Source of the DNA: Spirochaetota bacterium
Lineage (GTDB): Bacteria > Spirochaetota > Spirochaetia > Treponematales > UBA12059
Length of the DNA stretch: 64,000 nt
Direction: 5' to 3'
Assembly: GCA_031402655.1 (NCBI GenBank)
Contig: JANNSO010000053.1
Location: 18,536 to 82,535, forward strand
The position numbers and the translations under genes were made by a program. The notes under the pieces were generated by a model. That model saw nothing but the letters and a program-made list of their open reading frames with translations. It did no database searches and had not been told where the DNA came from. This document shows positions 54,393 to 63,272 of the stretch, piece by piece; the first letter of the stretch is position 1; every line of letters begins with the position of its first letter.

Positions 54393-56417
54393 CTAGGACG
54401 CGGCAAGCTCTTCCTTGCTCAGGGGCACCGGCAGGGTTATTACCCACTCCAGGTACTTTCCCGGATTCGTGCGCATGGCAATCTTTCCGCCGGCTTCGCC
54501 TACCCGCGTACGAACCAGTGCCATTCCGACGCCGCGGCCGGCACTCGTGCCTAATTTGTCCGCAGTGGAAAAACCGGGCATAAATATCAGCTTGATTATG
54601 TCTTTTTCGTCCAGCCCGGCCGCCCTGCAGGCAAACTCGGGAATAGACTGCGCCCGCGCCCGTATCTTCTCGGTGTCTATGCCTTTTCCGTCATCGCGGT
54701 AGCGCAGAATATACTGGCTATCCTGCCATTCGAGCGACAGGCTGATGGACCCCTCCGCGGGCTTCCCCAAAAGCTTCCTCTCCGAATCCGTCTCGAATCC
54801 ATGGGCAAAACTATTTCTTGCAAACTGCACCACGATATCCTTTACCAGTTTCCGGTGCTCCTCGGGTATGGAATCCCGACCCAAGCCTTCGAAAATTACT
54901 TTTGCCGGGATTCCCGTGCGCGAACTTTCCTTGCCGATGAATTTTTCCACGGCAAACTGAAGCAGTGACGCGTCGGCGAGCCCGCTTATTTTGGATGCCG
55001 TCTGGAAGCTGACAATTTTGGTAATCAGCGCTTTAAGGTCTTCCACTTCGCTGCGGATGTCACCCAGGCCTATGGTCAACTGAAGCATGTCCCGCCAATG
55101 AGAACCATTGTCCCTTAGGTTTTTTATGCTGGTCTCGTAGTCGTGCACCATCGAGCCGAACTCGTCGAGTCCCAAGAGCAGGGCATTGCCCTTGATGGCG
55201 TGAGCGGACATGAACAAGGCATCCAGTATCCTGGCGCGATCTATGTTTTCAAGCCGCATAAGCTCGTTTACCTCGTCCAGCTCGGCCTCGGAATCCATGA
55301 TAAACTCGCGCATCATCACGGGGTCCACATGGATTATGCGAAACAGGTTTTCCATGTTGCGTTTGTGCTTTTGAGCCTCCGCGTCCAGCTGCCGCTTAAG
55401 AGCGAATTCCCCGGTAACGTCGTTGACTACGGCTAAAACCGGATACGCCGCGCTGTCTTTTAGCCTGGTAAAACCGAAGCGCAGCATTTTTTCCTTGGGC
55501 ACGCCGGAACCCGTAGCAAACGAACAGCGTATCTCCGCCAGTGGATTGATGTCGGCAAGCAGTTCGTCGCTGACGGAACCATCCACCAGCATTTGAAAGA
55601 AATCCCTTACCGCCTTGAGTTCCCGTTCGGGAATAAGCGGCGACAAAAGCTCCAGAATGGAGCGACCCGTAAAATCGCCCGATTCGAAAATGGCCTGCAG
55701 ATGGCGTGAATGCGCCGTACCTATGCAGAGTTCCCGGTCCATCAGGAAGATTCCCTCGATTACGCCGTCCAGGATATTGTCCGTCTGTCTTTTCTCAGTA
55801 TACAATTCGCCCGTCGTAGCCTCGAGGCGGGCTTTGGACTGCTCCAACCTGCTTAGGGCATTTTTACGCACCAGTTCGTAGATAAGCGAGAAGAGCCATA
55901 TAAAAACATAGGTACCGATGACGCGCGCGGAATATAATGCGCTAAATTGCGACACGTTAAGCGCGGGAATAAAAATCGCAGCGGCCACCGCAGCTCCGAA
56001 ACCCAGCGCAACGATGGATCCGACCAGCGACCCGAGCAGGAACAGCGTGATGAGTGGATAGGTGTTGATCCATAGGATGCCGGAACCCGCCTCGCCGCCC
56101 GAAAGCACGAGATAGTAATAGAACAGAAAAATAACAAGACAGTCGATAATGCCCCCGACCGTAAAAATCTTGAAAATCCTTATAAGAAAAAAATTGACGA
56201 ACACGATGCCCGCCGCCGCAGCACAGGCCGTTCCAAGCGGCGTGTTCCCGGAAAGAAAGCCGATGGTCGCGAACACGGTTATCATGATGCCGCCGGCAAG
56301 CGTAACCGAGTTCAGGAAAATGATGCGGCTGCGTTTCCCGATTTCATGATCGCGCATGGTACCCGAGGTGAGCACGTTCATGGCCAGGTTGACGAATGAC
56401 TTGTAAAACTTTTTCAT
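54393..56417 (-). CDS. Membrane-integral CheA-like kinase: ~6 TM + PAS-like + Hpt + HATPase_c, no CheW-like domain
   Basis: ATG at 56417 is preceded by GGAGG. Hpt motif FMSAHAIKGNALLLGLDEF. C-terminal ATPase G-boxes (DDGKGID.., GRGVGMALV). I saw no HisKA H-box. Confidence 0.7.
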   Translation of the reverse strand: MKKFYKSFVNLAMNVLTSGTMRDHEIGKRSRIIFLNSVTLAGGIMITVFATIGFLSGNTPLGTACAAAAGIVFVNFFLIRIFKIFTVGGIIDCLVIFLFYYYLVLSGGEAGSGILWINTYPLITLFLLGSLVGSIVALGFGAAVAAAIFIPALNVSQFSALYSARVIGTYVFIWLFSLIYELVRKNALSRLEQSKARLEATTGELYTEKRQTDNILDGVIEGIFLMDRELCIGTAHSRHLQAIFESGDFTGRSILELLSPLIPERELKAVRDFFQMLVDGSVSDELLADINPLAEIRCSFATGSGVPKEKMLRFGFTRLKDSAAYPVLAVVNDVTGEFALKRQLDAEAQKHKRNMENLFRIIHVDPVMMREFIMDSEAELDEVNELMRLENIDRARILDALFMSAHAIKGNALLLGLDEFGSMVHDYETSIKNLRDNGSHWRDMLQLTIGLGDIRSEVEDLKALITKIVSFQTASKISGLADASLLQFAVEKFIGKESSRTGIPAKVIFEGLGRDSIPEEHRKLVKDIVVQFARNSFAHGFETDSERKLLGKPAEGSISLSLEWQDSQYILRYRDDGKGIDTEKIRARAQSIPEFACRAAGLDEKDIIKLIFMPGFSTADKLGTSAGRGVGMALVRTRVGEAGGKIAMRTNPGKYLEWVITLPVPLSKEELAAS

Positions 56418-56458
56418 AAATTCCTCCAGGCCGCACAAATACGGCCGTTTTTACAATT

Positions 56459-56926
56459 TTAGCTTACGATATTCTCCAGTCCCACGGACAGATGGAATTT
56501 ACCCTCCGGAATCTTAAAAGGTATGCCAACGATGGGCACGGAAGCCTGCCAGGCAATTATATGGTCGGGTCCGCACACGATGGAAGGCAGGGAAATGTCC
56601 AGCCGGTATTGCTCCAGGCCTTTTTTTGCGTTGCCCGCGATTATATTTACCATTTCGCCTATGGCGTCGATTATGTCCGGATCGTTGGCGGCCACCGGTC
56701 TGCCCGTCAGCTGCGAAGTAAGGGCGGCCGCAAGCGAGGCGGAGAGGCTTACCACCACTACTCCCTTGGAATCGCCGCTTATGCCTATGATTCCGGAAAT
56801 ATCCCAGTCGTTTTTGTCCGCCCTGTTTACCAGGTAGGGATTCAAATATTCAGGCACTATGCCAAACATGTCGCGGAATACGCCTACTGTCGCTTCTATA
56901 AACGGCTCGACATGCTGAATTTTCAT
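56459..56926 (-). CDS. cheX: CheX-family CheY-P phosphatase
   Basis: MKIQHVEPFIEATVGVFRDMFG..ISGIIGISGDSKGVVVVSL..MVNIIAGNAK pattern. GGAGG RBS. Confidence 0.8.
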   Translation of the reverse strand: MKIQHVEPFIEATVGVFRDMFGIVPEYLNPYLVNRADKNDWDISGIIGISGDSKGVVVVSLSASLAAALTSQLTGRPVAANDPDIIDAIGEMVNIIAGNAKKGLEQYRLDISLPSIVCGPDHIIAWQASVPIVGIPFKIPEGKFHLSVGLENIVS

Positions 56927-56937
56927 GTACTGTCCTC

Positions 56938-57312
56938 CTAAAACCCGATTCGCTCGAGCTTCTCCATGAGAAGCTTTTCCGACACCGGCTTTATGAGGTA
57001 GTCGTTTACCCCGGCCTTTACCGCCTCAATTACGCTATACTTTGCCGATTCCGACGTTATCATGATGATGGGCATCTTGTTGGCATAACCCGGAGCCGCC
57101 CTGAGTTTTTTTACCAGGTCCAGGCCGTTAAGCGCCGGCATGTTCCAGTCCACCAGAAGCAAATCAATCTGCTGCGCCTCGATCAGCCGATGCGCCTCGC
57201 GGCCATCCGGAGCCTCCAAAAATACCGCATGGGCATATTTAGGGTTACGGGACATGGTATTCTTTATAATATTGCGCATTATGCGCGAATCATCCACCAC
57301 TAGGATTATCAT
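56938..57312 (-). CDS. CheY-like single-domain response regulator
   Basis: ILVVDDSRIMR..LLLVDWNMPALNG..IIMITSE..DYLIKP. Confidence 0.85.
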   Translation of the reverse strand: MIILVVDDSRIMRNIIKNTMSRNPKYAHAVFLEAPDGREAHRLIEAQQIDLLLVDWNMPALNGLDLVKKLRAAPGYANKMPIIMITSESAKYSVIEAVKAGVNDYLIKPVSEKLLMEKLERIGF

Positions 57313-57332
57313 GTTATGAAATGTTCATGGCT

Positions 57333-58670
57333 CTAAGGCTCCAGTCGCTTGATGTCCCTAGGAAAGAGACTTGCTTCCTTCACGTTTGCCAGACCGCAGA
57401 TCTGGGCGGTAAGGCGTTCGAGGCCCAGCCCGAGTCCGCCGTGCGGCGGCATGCCGTATTTAAACGTTTGCAGGTAGCTCTCGAACAGCTCCACCTTCAT
57501 GTCGCGCGATTCCATTTTTTTTATGTAATCGTCATAGCGGAACATGCGGGCGCCGCCGGTGGTAATTTCGATGCCGCGGAAGAGGAGGTCGAAGCTGAGG
57601 GTCTCACCGGGGTTTTCCGCGTCGTCCAATGCGTAGAAGGGGCGCTTGACGCTGGGATAATGGGTAACGAACACGAAGTCGGTTCCCCACGTTTTTTTTG
57701 CGTACTCGCAGACGGTGCGCTCTTCTTCCGGGTCGAGGTCCACTTCCTTGCGGAAGTCCTTGCCTGTTTCCTTGAGCATAATCTCGTGCGCCTCGGAAAA
57801 CTTGATGCACACGATTTTGTCCAGCACGGGAACGGTTACGCCTAAAAGTTCCAGCTCGGGCGCGCAGTCGCGGGCAAGCCGGGCAAAAATGTCGCGGAGC
57901 ACGGCCGTCTCAGTTTGTATAATGTCCTCGAAACCGTTTTCAAGGCGCATCTCGAAATCCAGCGATATGTACTCGTTCAGGTGTCGGCTGGTGTCGTGCT
58001 CCTCGGCGCGAAACACGGGAGCCTCCTCGAACACGCGGCCAAACGGACCTACCATCATCTGCTTGTAGAACTGAGGCGACTGGGCCAAAAAAGCCACGCG
58101 GTCGAAGTAGCCGATTTTAAAGATGTTCGCGCCGCCTTCCGCACCTGAAAAAACTATTTTGGGCGAGCAGATGCGGGTAAAGCCCGCTCGCGTCAGCGAT
58201 TCGCCAAACTCGTTGAAAATGGTAGACGAAATGCGGAAAATCGCCCGTTCCCTCGGGTGGCGCAGGGTAAGAGGGCGCATGTCGAATTTGGTATGCAGCT
58301 CGCAATTAAGTTCTTTTTTCGTCGTGTCCACGGGAAGCGGATTGATGGACGGGCTTGAAAGCAGCTCGATTCCGCTAACCTGCATTTCGTAGTCCCTCGG
58401 CCACAACGCCTTGTCCTTGATCTGCGCCTTTGCCAGCACTCCGGTAAGCCGCACCGTGCACTCGGGGCTCAAGTCTTCCAGTGGGAAAGCAACCTTGGTC
58501 TTGTCCACGACAGTCTGCACCAGATAATTGGGCAGGCGCAGGATGATGAAGCCGCCCCACGCCAAAACGCGCAGATTCTGTATCTGCCCGACAAGGGTAA
58601 TTTCCTTGCCTTCGTACGATGCAAAATCGATATACGACGATATGCTGGGGGTCAGGTTGAGTTCTTTCAT
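57333..58670 (-). CDS. aspS: Aspartate--tRNA ligase, archaeal/type-2 (possibly non-discriminating)
   Basis: Class IIb motifs FRAEEHDTSRHLNEYISLDFEM and GGLGLGLERLTAQICGLANVKEASLFPRDIKRLEP. 445 aa. AGGAG RBS. Confidence 0.8.
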   Translation of the reverse strand: MKELNLTPSISSYIDFASYEGKEITLVGQIQNLRVLAWGGFIILRLPNYLVQTVVDKTKVAFPLEDLSPECTVRLTGVLAKAQIKDKALWPRDYEMQVSGIELLSSPSINPLPVDTTKKELNCELHTKFDMRPLTLRHPRERAIFRISSTIFNEFGESLTRAGFTRICSPKIVFSGAEGGANIFKIGYFDRVAFLAQSPQFYKQMMVGPFGRVFEEAPVFRAEEHDTSRHLNEYISLDFEMRLENGFEDIIQTETAVLRDIFARLARDCAPELELLGVTVPVLDKIVCIKFSEAHEIMLKETGKDFRKEVDLDPEEERTVCEYAKKTWGTDFVFVTHYPSVKRPFYALDDAENPGETLSFDLLFRGIEITTGGARMFRYDDYIKKMESRDMKVELFESYLQTFKYGMPPHGGLGLGLERLTAQICGLANVKEASLFPRDIKRLEP

Positions 58671-58717
58671 TGGCTTACTCCTGGAAAACTTTAATTACCG
58701 AAAAATAGTAGCTTGCA

Positions 58718-58791
58718 GGGTACCTTGAAAAACGATTGTTTTTCAAGGTACCCATGAAGAAAATTCAATTCGTATAACGAATTGAATTTTC
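58718..58791. promoter_or_regulatory. Two adjacent perfect palindromes in a divergent intergenic region
   Basis: GGGTACCTTGAAAAAC-gatt-GTTTTTCAAGGTACCC at 58718-58753 and GAAAATTCAATTCGT-ata-ACGAATTGAATTTTC at 58759-58791. Confidence 0.6.
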
Positions 58792-58820
58792 CTCCCTAAA
58801 CAAGTGCCAACGACACTCTT

Positions 58821-58849
58821 TTGAATTTCGGGGTATTTCCTGCTATACT
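58821..58849 (+). promoter_or_regulatory. Candidate promoter of the OlsF-like gene
   Basis: TTGAAT-17 nt-TATACT. The ATG at 58888 lies ~39 nt downstream, with GGAAG before it. Confidence 0.55.
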
Positions 58850-58887
58850 TGAACAGTGTTAATCCTGAGCATAACGGAAGTTTTACA

Positions 58888-60564
58888 ATGATATCGCCCA
58901 AGTCTGATATTCGATTATCGGCAATCTCCAAAAAAGGCTGGCCGGGCATGGTGCTGCGGATTATCGGCCCCCTGTTTGACCGTATTCTCGGCGTCAGGAA
59001 ATTACGAAAAATATATGAGCGCCATAAGCTTCAGGGTCTTGGAAAATATGATTTTATCGAGAAATTCCAGCGGGTATTAAGGCTTCGATTTCATATAAAT
59101 GCCGCCAGCCTCGAGTTTATCCCTAAAACCGGTGCGGTTGTCATAGTGGCGAACCATCCGCTGGGCGGGCTCGAAGGCATACTCATGGCCCTTGCCCTGC
59201 GTGAAGCCCGGCCGGATTACAAAATATTCGTAAACATCATGCTGTATTTCATCAAGGAACTCGAGGAATTTTTTATTTTCACGAACCCGATGGCACCGGG
59301 CAGCCGGGACAACATACGGTCCGTGGGCTTATGCAGAGCCTGGCTGAGGGATGGCCACTGCCTCGTTGTTTTTCCCGCCGGCCGCGTCGGCCTGTACCGC
59401 GAAGAAAAAGGCTACATTACCGACGAAGCATGGGACCAGATTGCCCTGTCCCTGGGCCTCATGACCACGGCGACTTTCGTGCCTATTTTCGTGGGTGGCC
59501 AATGCGGCGCGTTTTTCAGTTGGATGAGCCGCTTGATTTTTCCCATGAAGCTGCTGCTGCTGGTTCGCGAATTCATACGCAGCTTCGGTACCAATATAGA
59601 ATATATCGTCGGAATTCCCATAGCACCGGGGCGGATTGCGGGCATGAAACGAAGGCAGGCCAATGCATACCTGCGCATGCGCACCTATCTCTTGAAACCC
59701 GCGGAATTTAGCAACAGCCTCGCCGAAAACTTCCGCGCCAACACGCGAATATCCCAGCCGGAACCTGACTTAAGCGGGTTGGAGAAAGCCTTAGGCCTTC
59801 TCCCCGCCGACCATATCCTGGTGCAGGACCAACATTATATCCTGGCCTGGTGCGACATGGTTTCAAACCCGGCCCTGGTTAATGTTTTAATACAGCTGCG
59901 CAATCGACATGGAGCTTTTCCATTAAGCCCTTACGACGCAGGCTGCCGCCATATTTTCGTCTATGATACGCGTGGAAAAATAATTGCGGCCGCGTGCAGG
60001 CTGCTTGCTGCCGGTTCGCTGGATGCCTGTGGACTTTATTCGAGCGCGCTGTTCTATTCTTTTGTACCCCGTAAAACCGGCATCGGCAATACAAGCGAGC
60101 TATCCCTGGCGTTCGCCTATGCCGGCAATGCCGAAAAGGCGGAAGCCCTGCTCTGGGAAGGAATTCTCCGGCTCGGCGGCAAAGCCCTTTTGGGCACGCT
60201 TCATATAAGCCCTTCCCCTCATGAACCCCGCTACTGCGAGAATTCCCTGACCCTCGTAGTCGAAACGCTGAGCCGTAAAAATCGCATCCAGCCAGGCAAA
60301 AAAAAGCCGTCTCGGCAAGCGGCCTTCGCTTACACTCCCCTGGATGCATTCCCGCTTCGCCTGCACCGGGAGGTGGAAGAATACCTGGACCGCTACGGCC
60401 TGAACCCCGAAGAGCTTAAAGAAATACTAAGTGCCCTTGACGGACAACCCCGAGAACTTCCCTTCCTCGCAAAGCCAATGCTCGCTTGCAAGGCTAATTT
60501 CGTTTCCGCCGGCATGGATGCCGGTGCCGGCCTGCCTGTGCTGCTGTTCAAAATAGCACCATAA
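58888..60564 (+). CDS. Bifunctional acyltransferase: N-terminal PlsC/LPLAT-like domain and C-terminal OlsB-like GNAT N-acyltransferase (OlsF-like)
   Basis: N-domain VVIVANHPLGGLEGI and VVFPAGRVG. C-domain DAGCRHIFVYDTRGKIIAAACRLL..GLYSSALF (hemolysin-like/OlsB pattern). The ORF-track start at 58849 is a TTG inside the -10 box. Confidence 0.6.
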   Translation: MISPKSDIRLSAISKKGWPGMVLRIIGPLFDRILGVRKLRKIYERHKLQGLGKYDFIEKFQRVLRLRFHINAASLEFIPKTGAVVIVANHPLGGLEGILMALALREARPDYKIFVNIMLYFIKELEEFFIFTNPMAPGSRDNIRSVGLCRAWLRDGHCLVVFPAGRVGLYREEKGYITDEAWDQIALSLGLMTTATFVPIFVGGQCGAFFSWMSRLIFPMKLLLLVREFIRSFGTNIEYIVGIPIAPGRIAGMKRRQANAYLRMRTYLLKPAEFSNSLAENFRANTRISQPEPDLSGLEKALGLLPADHILVQDQHYILAWCDMVSNPALVNVLIQLRNRHGAFPLSPYDAGCRHIFVYDTRGKIIAAACRLLAAGSLDACGLYSSALFYSFVPRKTGIGNTSELSLAFAYAGNAEKAEALLWEGILRLGGKALLGTLHISPSPHEPRYCENSLTLVVETLSRKNRIQPGKKKPSRQAAFAYTPLDAFPLRLHREVEEYLDRYGLNPEELKEILSALDGQPRELPFLAKPMLACKANFVSAGMDAGAGLPVLLFKIAP

Positions 60565-60577
60565 AATTTCTGGTTTT

Positions 60578-61264
60578 TCAGCCAAAAAGATACGCGGCAA
60601 AAATGCCCAGATAGCCCACCGCCACTATCATGTGGCACGCAACGCAGATAAACAGGCTCCCGGTTTTCTCGCGTATGATTCCCCACAGAAACCCCGAGGC
60701 GACGATGGCGAGCATAAACAAGGCAACCGTAAATCTGTTTGGTACCAGCCGCATTATCACGAAAATATGCTGCGCGCCGAATATAAATGCCGGGAAACCC
60801 ACGGCAAGCCATCGGTTTTTACTTCCCGCCAGCCTTTGATGGATAAACCCCCTCCAGAACAACTCCTCAACGCCTCCGTTCGCCACAAGCATCGCAAAAA
60901 ACAAAAGTGATAATAAATTCCGCCTTATTCCCCATTGACCCACGACGCCCACCGCCTGGTTTTCCCGCATAAAAACCGGCCCTAGAACAATAAACGCCGC
61001 AACCATGGCCACAGCCATCGCGCTGCCCAGAAGCACGCCGAACGCTCCCTGTTTCCCCGTCACGGGATGCAGGCCCAGCACCAACGCGATTTTTTTTGCG
61101 GGTATTTTTTCGACGGCAAGCATATACGCGAGGGGCACCACGACGCATCCAAGCAGCATATATAAAAAAAAGCAAAGCAGCAGGCTGTTAAAAATGGCCA
61201 GGCTTATCCACTGCATCGCGGCGGCAAACAGCATAAACAAAAACGCGGACAGATAGTTCTTCAT
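60578..61264 (-). CDS. CPBP-family intramembrane glutamic endopeptidase
   Basis: EELFWRGF motif 1 and GAQHIF / CVACHMIVAV His motifs. Polytopic. Confidence 0.8.
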   Translation of the reverse strand: MKNYLSAFLFMLFAAAMQWISLAIFNSLLLCFFLYMLLGCVVVPLAYMLAVEKIPAKKIALVLGLHPVTGKQGAFGVLLGSAMAVAMVAAFIVLGPVFMRENQAVGVVGQWGIRRNLLSLLFFAMLVANGGVEELFWRGFIHQRLAGSKNRWLAVGFPAFIFGAQHIFVIMRLVPNRFTVALFMLAIVASGFLWGIIREKTGSLFICVACHMIVAVGYLGIFAAYLFG

Positions 61265-61426
61265 TTTCTTCTCCCTAATAGCCAGGCCACAGCCGCTCAG
61301 TATAGCACCCGGCTATGCCGAGCGAAAGAGCATGTTTTGGGTAGAAGGCTTTCCCCCGCGCCCGGTATTTACACCGGTATTTACAACCCTTGCACAGAAG
61401 GCAAACAAAGTGTAATTTCAGACACT

Positions 61427-62017
61427 ATGGCCAACGCTTCCGGTTTGGGCCGGGTCCTTATACTGGATAACTTCGACTCCTTTACCTGGAACATCGCCCA
61501 CGGTCTATGCCAAAGCGGGATGGATGTCACGGTCCGGCGTGCAGACGATCTTGATCTCCCCGCCATCGAGCTTTTTTCGCCTAATCTTCTGGTTATTTCC
61601 CCCGGTCCGGGAACTCCGTCGGACGCCGTGCTTTCGATGGCGGCGATAGAACGCTTCGCGGGGATAATCCCCATCTGGGGCGTTTGCCTGGGTATGCAGT
61701 GTCTGGCCTTGGCTTTCGGCGGCCAAGTCGGCCAGGGAGGAGAACCTGTCCACGGGAAGACTTCTTTGGTACAGCACGACGGACAGGGAATCTTCACCGG
61801 CCTTCCCTCACCGCTTTCCTGCGGGCGCTACCACTCGCTGTGCATCACCGCAATGCCGCGAAACCTGGAGCTTTCCGCATGGATTCCCGCCGATGGTACC
61901 GTAATGGCCCTCCGCCACCCGGACATGAAACTGTCCGGCGTGCAATTCCACCCGGACTCCTTTCTTACCCAGCATGCAGGGGAGATGTTCGCCAATGCAG
62001 CGCGCCTCATACTCTGA
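61427..62017 (+). CDS. pabA: Aminodeoxychorismate/anthranilate synthase glutamine amidotransferase component II
   Basis: VLILDNFDSFTWN, GVCLGMQ (catalytic Cys) and VQFHPDS. ATG at 61427. Confidence 0.85.
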   Translation: MANASGLGRVLILDNFDSFTWNIAHGLCQSGMDVTVRRADDLDLPAIELFSPNLLVISPGPGTPSDAVLSMAAIERFAGIIPIWGVCLGMQCLALAFGGQVGQGGEPVHGKTSLVQHDGQGIFTGLPSPLSCGRYHSLCITAMPRNLELSAWIPADGTVMALRHPDMKLSGVQFHPDSFLTQHAGEMFANAARLIL

Positions 62018-63272
62018 AACCTGGACGGTAAAACCGCTTGGCTCTGCGGGCTTTACCGTGCCCGAGTTATTCGCCCTCACAGGCTTATCCTCGTTTGCCC
62101 TGCTGTATGGGGACGGACCAAACGAGCGCTGGCTTGTTTTTGCGGAAGATCCGCTTGTAATCCTGGCTTCTCCCCATTCTTCACCATACTCTATAGAGCG
62201 GCACGGCCCGGTCCCGCCCATACGGCCGGATTTTATCGGGCACCTGTCGTACGAATGGGCGTACCTGCGCGAAAGCCTGCTGCCCGCCCCTCTTGAAAAT
62301 TCCTTCCCTTTTCCGCTTTTCCGATTCTGCCTGTACCGGCATGTAGTTCTGGTGGATCGCCGTGCCTCGGTGCTCTACGAGTGCGAGCGCACAGGCCAGC
62401 GCATTTGTTCCCCTGAGGTTCACGGGCTTTCTACCGGACCTTTTTCGGCAAAATTAAGCGATTCAGGCGACAGCCGGGAAGCTTACACAGCCAAGGTTTC
62501 CGCGGTACGCGACGAAATCAGGGCGGGAAAGGTATACCAGGCCTGTCTGACAAGGCAGGAAGAATGGGCCTACGACGGGGACATGCGCTCCTTTGCTTTG
62601 GATCTGTACAAAAGTAACCCTGCCCCGTTTTCCGCCATGATCGCCGCACCCGGCCATGCCGTCGTCTCCTCGTCGCCCGAACGCTTCGTGCGCCTTGCGG
62701 ACGGCAGGCTGGCCGCCTGTCCTATTAAAGGTACCGCGCCGCGCGGCAACACACCCGAAGAGGATAGAGCCCTTGCCGACGAACTCCTTGCAAGCGGTAA
62801 AAACCTAGCCGAGCTGGCAATGATAGTAGACCTCTTGCGCAACGACCTAAGCCGCGCCTGCGTCATGCCTTCCGTTGTGGTGGATGCCTTCCCGGTACTC
62901 CAAAGCTACGCCAACGTGCACCACCTCGTCGCAATCGTCTCCGGCCGGGTAAAACCAGGCCTTACTCTGGAAGCCCTGCTCGCAGCGCTCTTCCCCGGCG
63001 GGTCGGTAACAGGCTGCCCAAAACTCGCTGCAATGCAGCTTATCCGCAGGCTGGAAGCACATCCGCGCATGCTGTATACGGGAGCGCTGGGCTGGTTTTC
63101 CGCCGAAATGGACCAACTGGACTTTAATATTCCCATCCGCAGCGTGTGGGCATCGGATTCAAGACTGCGCTTTGGCGTAGGCGGCGCCGTAGTGTGGGAT
63201 TCCGATCCGGATGACGAATACGAAGAAACCTTGCACAAAGGCAGGAGTATAGTTACATGCTTGAGCTCATAG
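61995..63272 (+). CDS. pabB: Aminodeoxychorismate synthase component I
   Basis: Chorismate-binding core: FPGGSVTGCPKLAAMQLIRRLE, YTGALGWF and GGAVVWDSDPDDEYEE. The start is 61995 or 61974. A class IV aminotransferase downstream favours Pab over Trp. Confidence 0.8.
   Translation: MQRASYSETWTVKPLGSAGFTVPELFALTGLSSFALLYGDGPNERWLVFAEDPLVILASPHSSPYSIERHGPVPPIRPDFIGHLSYEWAYLRESLLPAPLENSFPFPLFRFCLYRHVVLVDRRASVLYECERTGQRICSPEVHGLSTGPFSAKLSDSGDSREAYTAKVSAVRDEIRAGKVYQACLTRQEEWAYDGDMRSFALDLYKSNPAPFSAMIAAPGHAVVSSSPERFVRLADGRLAACPIKGTAPRGNTPEEDRALADELLASGKNLAELAMIVDLLRNDLSRACVMPSVVVDAFPVLQSYANVHHLVAIVSGRVKPGLTLEALLAALFPGGSVTGCPKLAAMQLIRRLEAHPRMLYTGALGWFSAEMDQLDFNIPIRSVWASDSRLRFGVGGAVVWDSDPDDEYEETLHKGRSIVTCLSS

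Noticed and set aside
58743-58949. 68-aa minus-strand ORF in the aspS / OlsF-like intergenic region
   Set aside because: It spans the predicted plus-strand promoter and both palindromes, and it has no RBS and no recognisable motif. It is most likely a non-coding regulatory region.
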